Below, in pieces: positions 36,801 to 50,354 of a stretch of DNA of 64,000 nt. Within the stretch, counting starts at the first letter, position 1. Every line of letters starts with the position of its first letter. A program made the position numbers and the translations under genes. Origin of the DNA: Macrostomum lignano (Eukaryota); assembly GCA_002269645.1 (NCBI GenBank), contig NIVC01000006.1, forward strand, positions 434,001 to 498,000, given 5' to 3'. Under the pieces are notes generated by a model, which did no database searches, was not told the DNA's origin, and saw nothing but the letters and a program-made list of their open reading frames with translations.

Positions 36801-39800
36801 CATCCCCAGACAGCAAGCATCCCCAGACAGCAAGCATCCCCAGACAGCAAGCATCCCCAGACAGCAAGCATCCCCAGACAGCAAGCATCCCCAGACAGCA
36901 AGCATCCCCAGACAGCAAGCATCCCCAGACAGCAAGCATCCCCAGACAGCAAGCATCCCCCAGACAGCAAGCATCCCCCAGACAGCAAGCATCCCCAGAC
37001 AGCAAGCATCCCCAGACAGCAAGCATCCCCCAGACAGCAAGCATCCCCCAGACAGCAAGCATCCCCCAGACAGCAAGCATCCCCCAGACAGCAAGCATCC
37101 CCAGACAGCAAGCATCCCCCAGACAGCAAGCATCCCCCAGACAGCAAGCATCCCCAGACAGCAAGCATCCCCAGACAGCAAGCATCCCCCAGACAGCAAG
37201 CATCCCCAGACAGCAAGCATCCCCAGACAGCAAGCATCCCCCAGACAGCAAGCATCCCCAGACAGCAAGCATCCCCAGACAGCAAGCATCCCCAGACAGC
37301 AAGCATCCCCAGACAGCAAGCATCCCCAGACAGCAAGCATCCCCAGACAGCAAGCATCCCCAGACAGCAAGCATCCCCAGACAGCAAGCATCCCCAGACA
37401 GCAAGCATCCCCAGACAGCAAGCATCCCCAGACAGCAAGCATCCCCAGACAGCAAGCATCCCCAGACAGCAAGCATCCCCAGACAGCAAGCATCCCCAGA
37501 CAGCAAGCATCCCCAGACAGCAAGCATCCCCAGATAGCAAGCATCCCCAGATAGCAAGCATCCCCAGATAGCAAGCATCCCCAGATAGCAAGCATCCCCA
37601 GACAGCAAGCATCCCCAGACAGCAAGCATCCCCCAGACAGCAAGCATCCCACAGCAAGCATCCCCAGATAGCAAGCATCCCCCAGCACAGCAAGCATCCC
37701 CAGATAGCAAGCATCCCCAGATAGCAAGCATCCCCAGACAGCAAGCATCCCCAGATAGCAAGCATCCCCAGACAGCAAGCATCCCCAGACAGCAAGCATC
37801 CCCAGACAGCAAGCATCCCCCAGACAGCAAGCATCCCCAGACAGCAAGCATCCCCAGACAGCAAGCATCCCCAGACAGCAAGCATCCCCAGACAGCAAGC
37901 ATCCCCAGACAGCAAGCATCCCCAGACAGCAAGCATCCCCAGACAGCAAGCATCCCCAGACAGCAAGCATCCCCAGACAGCAAGCATCCCCAGACAGCAA
38001 GCATCCCCAGACAGCAAGCATCCCCAGACAGCAAGCATCCCCAGACAGCAAGCATCCCCAGACAGCAAGCATCCCCAGACAGCAAGCATCCCCAGACAGC
38101 AAGCATCCCCAGACAGCAAGCATCCCCAGACAGCAAGCATCCCCAGACAGCAAGCATCCCCAGATAGCAAGCATCCCCAGACAGCAAGCATCCCCAGATA
38201 GCAAGCATCCCCAGACAGCAAGCATCCCCAGACAGCAAGCATCCCCAGACAGCAAGCATCCCCAGACAGCAAGCATCCCCAGACAGCAAGCATCCCCAGA
38301 CAGCAAGCATCCCCAGACAGCAAGCATCCCCAGACAGCAAGCATCCCCAGACAGCAAGCATCCCCAGACAGCAAGCATCCCCAGATAGCAAGCATCCCCA
38401 GACAGCAAGCATCCCCAGACAGCAAGCATCCCCAGACAGCAAGCATCCCCCAGACAGCAAGCATCCCCAGACAGCAAGCATCCCCAGACAGCAAGCATCC
38501 CCAGACAGCAAGCATCCCCAGACAGCAAGCATCCCCAGACAGCAAGCATCCCCAGACAGCAAGCATCCCCAGACAGCAAGCATCCCCCAGACAGCAAGCA
38601 TCCCCAGACAGCAAGCATCCCCCAGACAGCAAGCATCCCCAGACAGCAAGCATCCCCAGACAGCAAGCATCCCCAGACAGCAAGCATCCCCCAGACAGCA
38701 AGCATCCCCAGACAGCAAGCATCCCCAGACAGCAAGCATCCCCAGACAGCAAGCATCCCCAGACAGCAAGCATCCCCAGACAGCAAGCATCCCCAGACAG
38801 CAAGCATCCCCAGACAGCAAGCATCCCCAGACAGCAAGCATCCCCAGACAGCAAGCATCCCCAGATAGCAAGCATCCCCAGACAGCAAGCATCCCCAGAT
38901 AGCAAGCATCCCCAGACAGCAAGCATCCCCAGACAGCAAGCATCCCCAGACAGCAAGCATCCCCAGACAGCAAGCATCCCCAGACAGCAAGCATCCCCAG
39001 ACAGCAAGCATCCCCAGACAGCAAGCATCCCCAGACAGCAAGCATCCCCAGACAGCAAGCATCCCCAGACAGCAAGCATCCCCAGATAGCAAGCATCCCC
39101 AGACAGCAAGCATCCCCAGATAGCAAGCATCCCCAGATAGCAAGCATCCCCAGATAGCAAGCATCCCCAGACAGCAAGCATCCCCAGACAGCAAGCATCC
39201 CCAGACAGCAAGCATCCCCAGACAGCAAGCATCCCCAGACAGCAAGCATCCCCAGACAGCAAGCATCCCCAGACAGCAAGCATCCCCAGACAGCAAGCAT
39301 CCCCAGACAGCAAGCATCCCCAGACAGCAAGCATCCCCAGACAGCAAGCATCCCCAGACAGCAAGCATCCCCAGACAGCAAGCATCCCCAGATAGCAAGC
39401 ATCCCCAGATAGCAAGCATCCCCAGACAGCAAGCATCCCCAGACAGCAAGCATCCCCAGACAGCAAGCATCCCCAGACAGCAAGCATCCCACAGCAAGCA
39501 TCCCCAGATAGCAAGCATCCCCAGACAGCAAGCATCCCCAGACAGCAAGCATCCCCAGATAGCAAGCATCCCCAGACAGCAAGCATCCCCAGACAGCAAG
39601 CATCCCCAGACAGCAAGCATCCCCAGACAGCAAGCATCCCCAGACAGCAAGCATCCCCAGACAGCAAGCATCCCCAGACAGCAAGCATCCCCAGACAGCA
39701 AGCATCCCCCAGACAGCAAGCATCCCCAGACAGCAAGCATCCCCAGACAGCAAGCATCCCCAGACAGCAAGCATCCCCAGACAGCAAGCATCCCCAGACA

Positions 39801-42800
39801 GCAAGCATCCCCCAGACAGCAAGCATCCCCAGACAGCAAGCATCCCCAGACAGCAAGCATCCCCCAGACAGCAAGCATCCCCAGACAGCAAGCATCCCCC
39901 AGACAGCAAGCATCCCCCAGACAGCAAGCATCCCCCAGACAGCAAGCATCCCCCAGACAGCAAGCATCCCCAGACAGCAAGCATCCCCAGACAGCAAGCA
40001 TCCCCAGACAGCAAGCATCCCCCAGACAGCAAGCATCCCCAGACAGCAAGCATCCCCAGACAGCAAGCATCCCCCAGACAGCAAGCATCCCCCAGACAGC
40101 AAGCATCCCCAGACAGCAAGCATCCCCAGACAGCAAGCATCCCCCAGACAGCAAGCATCCCCAGACAGCAAGCATCCCCCAGACAGCAAGCATCCCCCAG
40201 ACAGCAAGCATCCCCCAGACAGCAAGCATCCCCAGACAGCAAGCATCCCCAGACAGCAAGCATCCCCCAGACAGCAAGCATCCCCCAGACAGCAAGCATC
40301 CCCCAGACAGCAAGCATCCCCAGACAGCAAGCATCCCCAGACAGCAAGCATCCCCAGACAGCAAGCATCCCCCAGACAGCAAGCATCCCCCAGACAGCAA
40401 GCATCCCCCAGACAGCAAGCATCCCCAGACAGCAAGCATCCCCCAGACAGCAAGCATCCCCAGACAGCAAGCATCCCCCAGACAGCAAGCATCCCCAGAC
40501 AGCAAGCATCCCCAGACAGCAAGCATCCCCAGACAGCAAGCATCCCCCAGACAGCAAGCATCCCCAGACAGCAAGCATCCCCAGACAGCAAGCATCCCCA
40601 GACAGCAAGCATCCCCAGACAGCAAGCATCCCCAGACAGCAAGCATCCCCAGACAGCAAGCATCCCCAGACAGCAAGCATCCCCAGATAGCAAGCATCCC
40701 CAGATAGCAAGCATCCCCAGACAGCAAGCATCCCCAGACAGCAAGCATCCCCAGATAGCAAGCATCCCCAGACAGCAAGCATCCCCAGACAGCAAGCATC
40801 CCAGCAAGCATCCCCAGATAGCAAGCATCCCCAGACAGCAAGCATCCCCAGATAGCAAGCATCCCCAGACAGCAAGCATCCCCAGACAGCAAGCATCCCC
40901 AGACAGCAAGCATCCCCAGACAGCAAGCATCCCCCAGACAGCAAGCATCCCCAGACAGCAAGCATCCCCAGACAGCAAGCATCCCCAGACAGCAAGCATC
41001 CCCAGACAGCAAGCATCCCCCAGACAGCAAGCATCCCCAGACAGCAAGCATCCCCAGACAGCAAGCATCCCCAGACAGCAAGCATCCCCAGACAGCAAGC
41101 ATCCCCAGACAGCAAGCATCCCCAGACAGCAAGCATCCCCAGACAGCAAGCATCCCCAGACAGCAAGCATCCCCAGACAGCAAGCATCCCCCAGACAGCA
41201 AGCATCCCCAGACAGCAAGCATCCCCAGACAGCAAGCATCCCCAGATAGCAAGCATCCCCAGACAGCAAGCATCCCCAGACAGCAAGCATCCCCAGATAG
41301 CAAGCATCCCCAGACAGCAAGCATCCCCAGATAGCAAGCATCCCCAGACAGCAAGCATCCCCAGACAGCAAGCATCCCCAGACAGCAAGCATCCCCAGAC
41401 AGCAAGCATCCCCAGACAGCAAGCATCCCCCAGACAGCAAGCATCCCCCAGACAGCAAGCATCCCCAGACAGCAAGCATCCCCCAGACAGCAAGCATCCC
41501 CAGACAGCAAGCATCCCCCAGACAGCAAGCATCCCCAGACAGCAAGCATCCCCCAGACAGCAAGCATCCCCCAGACAGCAAGCATCCCCAGACAGCAAGC
41601 ATCCCCCAGACAGCAAGCATCCCCCAGACAGCAAGCATCCCCCAGACAGCAAGCATCCCCCAGACAGCAAGCATCCCCAGACAGCAAGCATCCCCCAGAC
41701 AGCAAGCATCCCCAGACAGCAAGCATCCCCCAGACAGCAAGCATCCCCAGACAGCAAGCATCCCCCAGACAGCAAGCATCCCCCAGACAGCAAGCATCCC
41801 CCAGACAGCAAGCATCCCCCAGACAGCAAGCATCCCCAGACAGCAAGCATCCCCCAGACAGCAAGCATCCCCAGACAGCAAGCATCCCCAGACAGCAAGC
41901 ATCCCCAGATAGCAAGCATCCCCAGACAGCAAGCATCCCCAGACAGCAAGCATCCCCAGATAGCAAGCATCCCCAGACAGCAAGCATCCCCAGACAGCAA
42001 GCATCCCCAGACAGCAAGCATCCCCAGACAGCAAGCATCCCCAGACAGCAAGCATCCCCAGACAGCAAGCATCCCCAGACAGCAAGCATCCCCCAGACAG
42101 CAAGCATCCCCCAGACAGCAAGCATCCCCAGACAGCAAGCATCCCCCAGACAGCAAGCATCCCCCAGACAGCAAGCATCCCCCAGACAGCAAGCATCCCC
42201 CAGACAGCAAGCATCCCCCAGACAGCAAGCATCCCCCAGACAGCAAGCATCCCCAGACAGCAAGCATCCCCCAGACAGCAAGCATCCCCCAGACAGCAAG
42301 CATCCCCCAGACAGCAAGCATCCCCCAGACAGCAAGCATCCCCCAGACAGCAAGCATCCCCCAGACAGCAAGCATCCCCCAGACAGCAAGCATCCCCCAG
42401 ACAGCAAGCATCCCCCAGACAGCAAGCATCCCCCAGACAGCAAGCATCCCCCAGACAGCAAGCATCCCCAGACAGCAAGCATCCCCCAGACAGCAAGCAT
42501 CCCCCAGACAGCAAGCATCCCCAGACAGCAAGCATCCCCCAGACAGCAAGCATCCCCAGACAGCAAGCATCCCCCAGACAGCAAGCATCCCCAGACAGCA
42601 AGCATCCCCAGACAGCAAGCATCCCCAGACAGCAAGCATCCCCCAGACAGCAAGCATCCCCAGACAGCAAGCATCCCCAGACAGCAAGCATCCCCAGACA
42701 GCAAGCATCCCCAGACAGCAAGCATCCCCCAGACAGCAAGCATCCCCAGACAGCAAGCATCCCCCAGACAGCAAGCATCCCCCAGACAGCAAGCATCCCC

Positions 42801-43461
42801 AGACAGCAAGCATCCCCAGACAGCAAGCATCCCCAGACAGCAAGCATCCCCCAGACAGCAAGCATCCCCAGACAGCAAGCATCCCCCAGACAGCAAGCAT
42901 CCCCAGACAGCAAGCATCCCCCAGACAGCAAGCATCCCCAGACAGCAAGCATCCCCAGACAGCAAGCATCCCCCAGACAGCAAGCATCCCCAGACAGCAA
43001 GCATCCCCCAGACAGCAAGCATCCCCAGACAGCAAGCATCCCCAGACAGCAAGCATCCCCCAGACAGCAAGCATCCCCAGACAGCAAGCATCCCCCAGAC
43101 AGCAAGCATCCCCCAGACAGCAAGCATCCCCCAGACAGCAAGCATCCCCCAGACAGCAAGCATCCCCCAGACAGCAAGCATCCCCCAGACAGCAAGCATC
43201 CCCAGACAGCAAGCATCCCCAGACAGCAAGCATCCCCAGACAGCAAGCATCCCCAGACAGCAAGCATCCCCCAGACAGCAAGCATCCCCCAGACAGCAAG
43301 CATCCCCCAGACAGCAAGCATCCCCCAGACAGCAAGCATCCCCAGACAGCAAGCATCCCCCAGACAGCAAGCATCCCCAGACAGCAAGCATCCCCCAGAC
43401 AGCAAGCATCCCCCAGACAGCAAGCATCCCCAGACAGCAAGCATCCCCAGACAGCAAGCAT
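27840..43461. repeat. Giant satellite, 17/18-bp unit CAGACAGCAAGCATCCC(C), 15.6 kb (roughly 900 units)
   Basis: Uninterrupted tandem array; unit length varies through the C4/C5 run; diverged higher-order left flank and abrupt right end. Confidence 0.99.
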
Positions 43462-45402
43462 TGCCCCGCCGGTTCGACTTTCGTTACGTCGTTGTTGCTT
43501 CGCAAGTCTACTATTCTGTGATTTAGGTTAATTCAACGGATGAATTGTTCGTATAGTCGTATAGATTTATTCGTATTCTATCATTATTCGTATAGATTTA
43601 ATATATTACGAATACGAATATAAAGAGACGAAGGATCAAACAAATATGTTTTTAGTCTATGGCCCTGAGTCATAGTTGGCTCTGACTGCCAGCAAAAATG
43701 CACTGAAAGCATTAGAAAAAAGCAGGTTTTCTCAAATTTAAAGGGCCATCTTTGTGAATATCAAGAATTAAAATAGTCATGCATAGTCCCGTAAAAACTT
43801 CCAATCAAAATGGTGCAAGTTTGATAAATTTTGGTCCAACAGTCTAGGAGGAGTATTGAAATACCTACAATATGGTTTTCATCTTTAGTATTAAGAAGAT
43901 TGTTGTGTAAAGACTGCATGAAATATTCATTTAGTTAAAACGGTAAAATGTATTCGACAGATATTTATTGATTATTTTCTTAGCGTATTTTCCTCGTATT
44001 TCTACTGCCAGTAGGATATTAAATTAAAGTAGTGTAATAAGTTAGAATAGGTATTTTTTAATTAGTGTACGTTGTATTTTACTTTCTCGGTCACTTAGTT
44101 TTATACAAGGACTACTAGACTACTATACTAGGAAGTGTTCCTATAGTGGTCCTTGGTTTTATATACGATAATTCGTGGCGTGTGGCGGGTCCAGCCAAGT
44201 CGTGTACGTATCATTCATTATACGAGCGCAAATTGGAGCTCTCTCTATAGCTCACTTACCCTTTTATTTTATCAATTGCAGCTACAATACACAACATACA
44301 TATGTATCTAAGAATCTCTTTGTTAAATTTTACGATTACATGTACATGTACTTTAGTGAGTTACCTATACATGTAGCTGTTTGAATTAAAACCAGTACAA
44401 TATTATTGAGATATTGTACTGGTTGAGATCGGCTTTTGCACTAGCCCTAAAATCTGAATCCTTTTCGGCGCAGAGCTGCTGTTAATTATTGCGTTTGTTT
44501 TGTGGAAAAGCAATTGTCTAATTTGGCCTAAGCGTATGAAAATGTCTAATTGCACACCTGTGTATTGCATATATATACAAGGTATCATCCTGGCACTTAT
44601 GGCAATTAGTTAACACATACTACGTCGGATTGCTGCAACGCTTAATTACATGTACAGTACCTACGGATCTGTATTAACTTAATTTATTCCAGCAATCACT
44701 CCCCGCAACGTACATTTGGCATTTGCTCCATGTGTTAATTTCATCACGTGACTGCCTTGCCTCGTTTATTACCCGCATCTATCCACCGCTCCTTATCTTC
44801 TTTGCTGAAAATGTATAGATCGAATGATATACATGTACATGTACGTCCGTATAACTAAGCAAAATACAGCTACAGTATAATGAGCTATATATGCCCCAGC
44901 CACGAATGGGTATTCAAGACGCCCCTTCACAGCATGCATGGCGCTTCCTCTAAGGTATAATATCATATGCCCCTATTTACAGTCTTTGCTGTGTCCCGAT
45001 AAGGCAATAACTAAAACTAAACGAAAAGTAATCATGATTATATGCATGATTTTATTTGTAGAGCAATAAATGGTCGAAAAAGGAATTCAAAGTAATATAA
45101 ATATCATAGTTCGCTTTGAAAATACAGTACTTAATTGCGAATGTTTTAAGAAAGCGTAATACTGAGCAAGAGAATTTAGGATATTTGTTTTTCTAGTCTA
45201 ATCTATATTTCTAGGAAAACGTGAGTAGTGCGACGTCCTACCCCCGCCCGCCCCCCCCCCCGCCTGAACAACTCAAACTTGATTTTTCGAGTTGTTTTGT
45301 GCTTTGTGCTAGCTAAAGAACAAACAATACTCATTTAAAATAAAGGTTGGAGATTTATACAAACAAATTAATTTTAATTCTTCAAAACCTGAAGAGTCAA
45401 AA

Positions 45403-45467
45403 ATGAAATCCGAAGAAATTGAAGAAGCAAGGGAAAACATTGCAACCCTGTTACGTGGAATTGATAG
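45403..45467 (+). CDS. EIF3K: Eukaryotic translation initiation factor 3 subunit K, exon 1
   Basis: MKSEEIEEARENIATLLRGID(R) matches the eIF3k N-terminus (LLKGIDRYNPEN); donor AG|GTAGGC, phase 2. Confidence 0.9.
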
Positions 45468-45797
45468 GTAGGCCTAGTACTTGCTATTATTTCATATTTT
45501 GTGAGCAAAATGTTTCTGATAATCTTTTACTGCGTGTGTCACTGTCACCCTGTGCTGAAAATTTCTGCTAGACCTTCGCTGTGTGCACCAATTTGTAGGC
45601 CCTATACTGGCTATACACCTTACTGTTTTTATGTACCAGAATTTTCCACCATAATGTAATGTACAAGTACACCTTTCTGAGTGTGGCTTATAGCAGAGGC
45701 CTGCCTACCCTATACATTGTCTAGATCATGGTATGCATATGGTAGAATTAAAAATCTAATTTTTGATTCTATGCAAACAATAAAAGGTAGCACTGCT

Positions 45798-47116
45798 CAT
45801 TTAGCTAGCATAAGTTTGCTACTTTTTAGCCAGCACTGGTCAAATAATAAACCCATCAATATTTAGCTGGTAGTCCTGAGCCATTGCCAGTCCAATAAAC
45901 TTGTCACTATTTAGCCAGCAATCAAGTCCTACCAATTGCTGATCAAATAAACCTGTCACTATTTAGCCATTAGTATTGCCCTACTGCCAGTCAAATAATT
46001 AAACCCATCAATATTTAGCCACAGTCTTGCCTCATTGCCAGTCAATGCTAGTCAAATAGGCTCGTCAAAAATAAGCTTAAATTATAAAATTTTCATATTG
46101 GATATTAAAAATATATTTTGAGGTTTTCTTGATACAGGTATATTATTACAATGACTATTGTATAAACTTTATATACAGTAGTCCTTGTTAAGGTGTTGAG
46201 CAAAGGCCATAGTTTTTTTGCTTTAATAAATAATTTCAAATAATAATAAATTAAAAATATAATGCATCAATTTTGAATTTATTTCTCTGTATCCAGATGC
46301 TACAAATTATTTATTATCTAGAATATTTAAGGCCACTCTGAAAACAATTAAACAAAAAGGCAAGTAATAAAATTAGACTAATTGTATCTTTTATGATTAT
46401 CAGCTGCTACAATGTACTTAATAATTTGTTAGCAGTGGGCATATGTCTAAGCCATAATTGAAGGCAGTAGAATTCACCAAATTTATTGGTGCAAATTAGC
46501 CATTTGTCTGGCATACTCTGCACATTTGGTGCAAAAAATGATAGCTTGCAACTTGGCACAGTTGGTACATGGGATAGATTCCTTTGATCAGTAAATAATA
46601 ATATAATCAAGTAGCCTTCGCTATAGGCTTGTATATTTTTTGTATTTTTGAATATTTTGTTGTTACAATTATAGTAACTGTAACAATAATCGTTTATTTA
46701 CCTAAAACAATTTTATGGAACATTTACAAAAATTGTTATTTTTTTATGAACATTAAAGACTGCTCAAAGTTCAAATTCAAATTTCCATTTATTATTTGAT
46801 GTTTGCCATTTGCTATCTTATTGCTAAATCATCATTGTTATAATATTATAAACAACATTTTTAACTATTCCAAGCACTGGCGCATGGTGCAAGGAAAAAA
46901 ATTGCTTTGGCGCATGGTGCATTAGAAAAAAAATAGGAGAAATTCATTCTGGCACACATGGTGCACCTTCTTGACTATGGAGCATAAGTAAGACTACCGG
47001 ATAAATAGTGATGGGTTTATTTGACCAGCAGTGGTTGGGACTGCTAGCTAGATAGTGATAGGTTTATTTGACCAGTGCTAGCTAAATAGTAACAAACTTA
47101 TTTGACCAATGCTGGC
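45798..47116. repeat. Inverted pair of diverged tandem arrays (foldback-like) in eIF3k intron 1
   Basis: CCAGCACTGGTCAAATAATAAACCCATCAATATTTAG-type units at 45798-46060; reverse-complement units TAAATAGTGATGGGTTTATTTGACCAGCAGTGG at 47002-47116. Confidence 0.75.
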
Positions 47117-48412
47117 AAAATAAGCATTGCCATAAAAATTGTTAATAAAAAGTTGCTTGTATGTCTTTGTTAACTTTTTTTACTACAATCTTTTAAAAAT
47201 TAAATAACAAAATGAATCATAAATTCAGTGTTCAGCAATTTTTTGTTTTATTCTGTCTGTATATGTTATATACTATTTCTATTTTAGTTTAGGCCCAATT
47301 TCTGTTGATTTACAAAAATATCTTTTTGATCAAAATTTGGCTATATAATATATAGGCTATATTAAACTTCAATATGGTCATTTTTATGGCCTATGCCAAT
47401 ATTATATAGGCCCTACAAAGTTTAGACCTAAAAATTAATATATGCCAAGACTCAAGAGTCATTAAAAGGCCATAGTTCAGAAGGCAACATATATGCCATG
47501 ATTTCCTAGCATACAAGGGTCTTACCATTTTTTAGTATATATTAGGGTATGTCCTGGCATACATGGCACAGCAGATACATTGTGTCAAATGACAATTTTT
47601 TGTATTGGCTTACAAACCTGGCATACAAATGAGGTCTCATCATTTTTTTGACATTAAACCTAGTGTACACTAATATACAATCCGAACTATGGTTAAAAGG
47701 CAAAAATATGCTAGAATTTCTGGTATAAAAACCATATTTTAGATTATGGCTTGTATTTAAGTACTTAGTACCTAGCTTAATAAGATATAAATATAATTCT
47801 TATTATAACTTAATGATATTTTGATATAAGAGGCCTAGCTTAGTACTTTAAATTCAAGTTATGTTTATCCTTTACTATTTTTAGACTTAGATAGCTAAGG
47901 TTGTATAAAAGCTTCTTCCTTTCTAGCCTTTAAAAACATTGACATTTATTATGATGCTTTTAGGTTCTATAAAGTCCTATATAGGCAAATGGCCAGTTAA
48001 ATGACAAAGAATATTAAATAATAGTTGTCTATGTTGAATGAAATTATAGTTCAGTTTATTTGAATATCTATAGACAAGCCTAAACAGTTGCAATGAATTG
48101 TTCATAATATTTGTATAGGGCCTAGGGCCTATATAAAAGTAAAATAGGATCTTGATCCTAATAAACTTGATTTCTTAGTTTATAATTGTAAGTATTTCTA
48201 GTTTAGTTTGGTATCTTTAATATTTATTATAGCCAACCTAGCCATTCAGTTGCTCAAGAAAAATATCGATTTCATACTCTTCCTTGTGAGTTTTCATTTA
48301 AAAAGCAGTGCAAACTGTGATCTCATTAAGTTATTCAAGCTGATTTTACCAAAGTTTATTTAAATATGAAAAATTATTTAAAAAAACATTTACCATATAT
48401 ATGCAACTCTAG

Positions 48413-48511
48413 GTATAATCCTGGCAATATAGAACATCTGGAGAAGTACATTGAACTGCAAGTAACCGAGAATGTCTACGACTGCGAGGCCAACCTGGCT
48501 GTGCTGAAGCT
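48413..48511 (+). CDS. EIF3K: eIF3k exon 2
   Basis: CTCTAG|G TAT; [33 protein letters not shown]; donor CT|GTGAGT, phase 2. Confidence 0.95.
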
Positions 48512-48879
48512 GTGAGTTATTTTTGCACACAAGCCCCAAATTAATTTTGTCATGTGCTTACTGTTATGTACTCATGTACTTAGGAGTGTTCAAATAAAAG
48601 ATTGCCAATTGTAACAGTCCCATAGTGGCGAACTTAATGTAAATTTCGAAAAGAACACTTGAAGTGACATTGTCACACAACTGGCGAGAGGCATTACTGC
48701 CTATTCCGCCGACTTCCCTGAGCAGGCACACCATACATGCGCAACCCCCCTGATTTACACTGGCCATGCGACTTACTTTTTGACCAAAAATGCGACTTAC
48801 CTGTGAAAGAAACCCTAACGCAATTTCGAGTAAACGGCAGGAGTAACTAAGGGCTAAATGCCTCGTCATCTAATTAGTA

Positions 48880-49190
48880 ATACGTCCGTATTTTTTAGGC
48901 TGGGCATTTTTGCGACTTGCCCCTGGTCCACCACAATTTACGGTGGCCAGGTCGGCCAGCAGTTGCGCATTTATGAGGCACACACTCACACAGGACTTTA
49001 CAGCGGCCCTGACTTTATTTTATCGTTAGGCATGTACACTTCACTGTGCCTTGGGGGTTGGCCCTCAATGGCGTTAATTGCACGAGCAGAGCCAAACTGA
49101 GACTCCAATTTAGCCGCAAATATTAATGTGACTGCACTTGGAATCGAGCCTGGGCCGCTGGCACATCGGAGCGCCGCACTAGACAGAGAT
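48880..49190 (-). mobile_element. Possible tRNA-derived SINE in eIF3k intron 2
   Basis: Minus strand: A-box-like TGTCTAGTGCGG (49185-49174) and B-box-like GGCTCGATTCC (49150-49140), followed by about 250 nt of mixed-composition body ending CCTAAAAAATACGG. A-B spacing (23 nt) is shorter than in tRNA. Confidence 0.4.
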
Positions 49191-49412
49191 AGGGCGCCAG
49201 CTAGAGGGGGCGCCAGCTACAGAAGAGGCGCCAGCTATAGAGGGAGTGCCGGCTACAGTGGGGACGCCAGCTACATAGGGGGGCGCCAGCTACAGAGAGG
49301 GCGCCAGATACAGAGTGGGCGCCAGCTACAGAGGGGGCGCCAGCTACAGAGGGGGCGCCAGATACAGAGTGGGCGCCAGCTACAGAGGGAGCGCCAGCTA
49401 CAGAGGGCGCCT
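49191..49412. repeat. 18-bp minisatellite (AGAGGGGGCGCCAGCTAC), about 12 diverged copies
   Basis: Reverse complement of the array at 51672-52964. Confidence 0.92.
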
Positions 49413-49554
49413 TTGTAGCGAGAGCACAAATGTAACAACTTGTGCACATTATTCCATTCGGTATTTAATAGCCTACTATAAGTAGAGTGGGTAAGTAGTT
49501 TTTTGTTTGTGAAAAAGTCTTAATTTCAGTCTCGAACTGTCTATTTCTTTGCAG

Positions 49555-50098
49555 CTACCAGTTCAACCCGTCTCACTACCAGACCAACGTGACCATCAAG
49601 ATCCTGTTGAAGGCCATCGCCAACCTGCCGCACCCGGACTTCTCGCTGTGCAAGTACCTCATCGAGCCAGACAAACTGCGCGAGGAGCCGCTAAGCAGCG
49701 TCGTTGCCCTTGGCAACCAGCTGGAGACGTGCGATTTCGAAGAATTCTGGCAAAGTCTGGCCTCTACTAAAAGTAGTATACCAGCAATCGGCTCAGTGGT
49801 TGGGTTCACCGATTCTGTGCGCAAATTCATCTGTCACGTGGTTGGCATCAGCTATCAGAAGATTAAAACCGACCAGCTGTGTCGGATTCTCGACATCAAG
49901 CGCGACCAGCTGGCCGTGTACCTGGAAGAGTACGGCTGGAAGCTGGTCCCAGACGACCCCAGTCACGTGTTCGTGTTTAACTATGAGGAGACGATCAAGA
50001 CTAGGAATATTAGCGAGAAGATCGGCTTTCCGCAGGTGAAGCAGTTGGCTCCGGTGCTGCAGAATGCCGCCAGCGACTGTCACAAGAGAGCCAAGTGA
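49555..50098 (+). CDS. EIF3K: eIF3k exon 3 (terminal); full protein 235 aa
   Basis: TTTGCAG|C TAC; YQFNP...ILLKAIANLPHPDFSLCKY...LETCDFEEFWQ...GFTDSVRKFICHVVGISYQ...YGW...EETIKTRNISEKIGF; stop TGA 50096-98; AATAAA near 50326. Confidence 0.97.
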
Positions 50099-50354
50099 GC
50101 GAGGATTGACTGCTAGATTGAGACACTCTTCTGTTCATGTATTTGTTCTTGTTGAAATGGGGAAATACATGGCATTCGCTTTAGCTGCTTAGTTAATTGG
50201 TAAATCTGTGACAGTTGAAGAAGTGCTTGTTTTTCATGCTGACTTGCTTATTTGGTGGCTTAGCGTTTGCTATGCACTACTGAAAGTAGCTAAAAAGGTC
50301 GACTAAATTCAACAGGTTTCATTGAAATAAATTGGCGGTTGCTAAGCTCTAAAA

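Noticed and set aside
43466-43485. B-box-like GGTTCGACT at the right end of the giant satellite
   Set aside because: Partial match only, with no A box or cloverleaf.
31063-43505. Three ~4000-aa ORFs on the minus strand
   Set aside because: The satellite unit contains no stop codon in any minus-strand frame, so all three frames stay open regardless of C4/C5 slippage. The peptides are cyclic permutations of one another with no unique domain.
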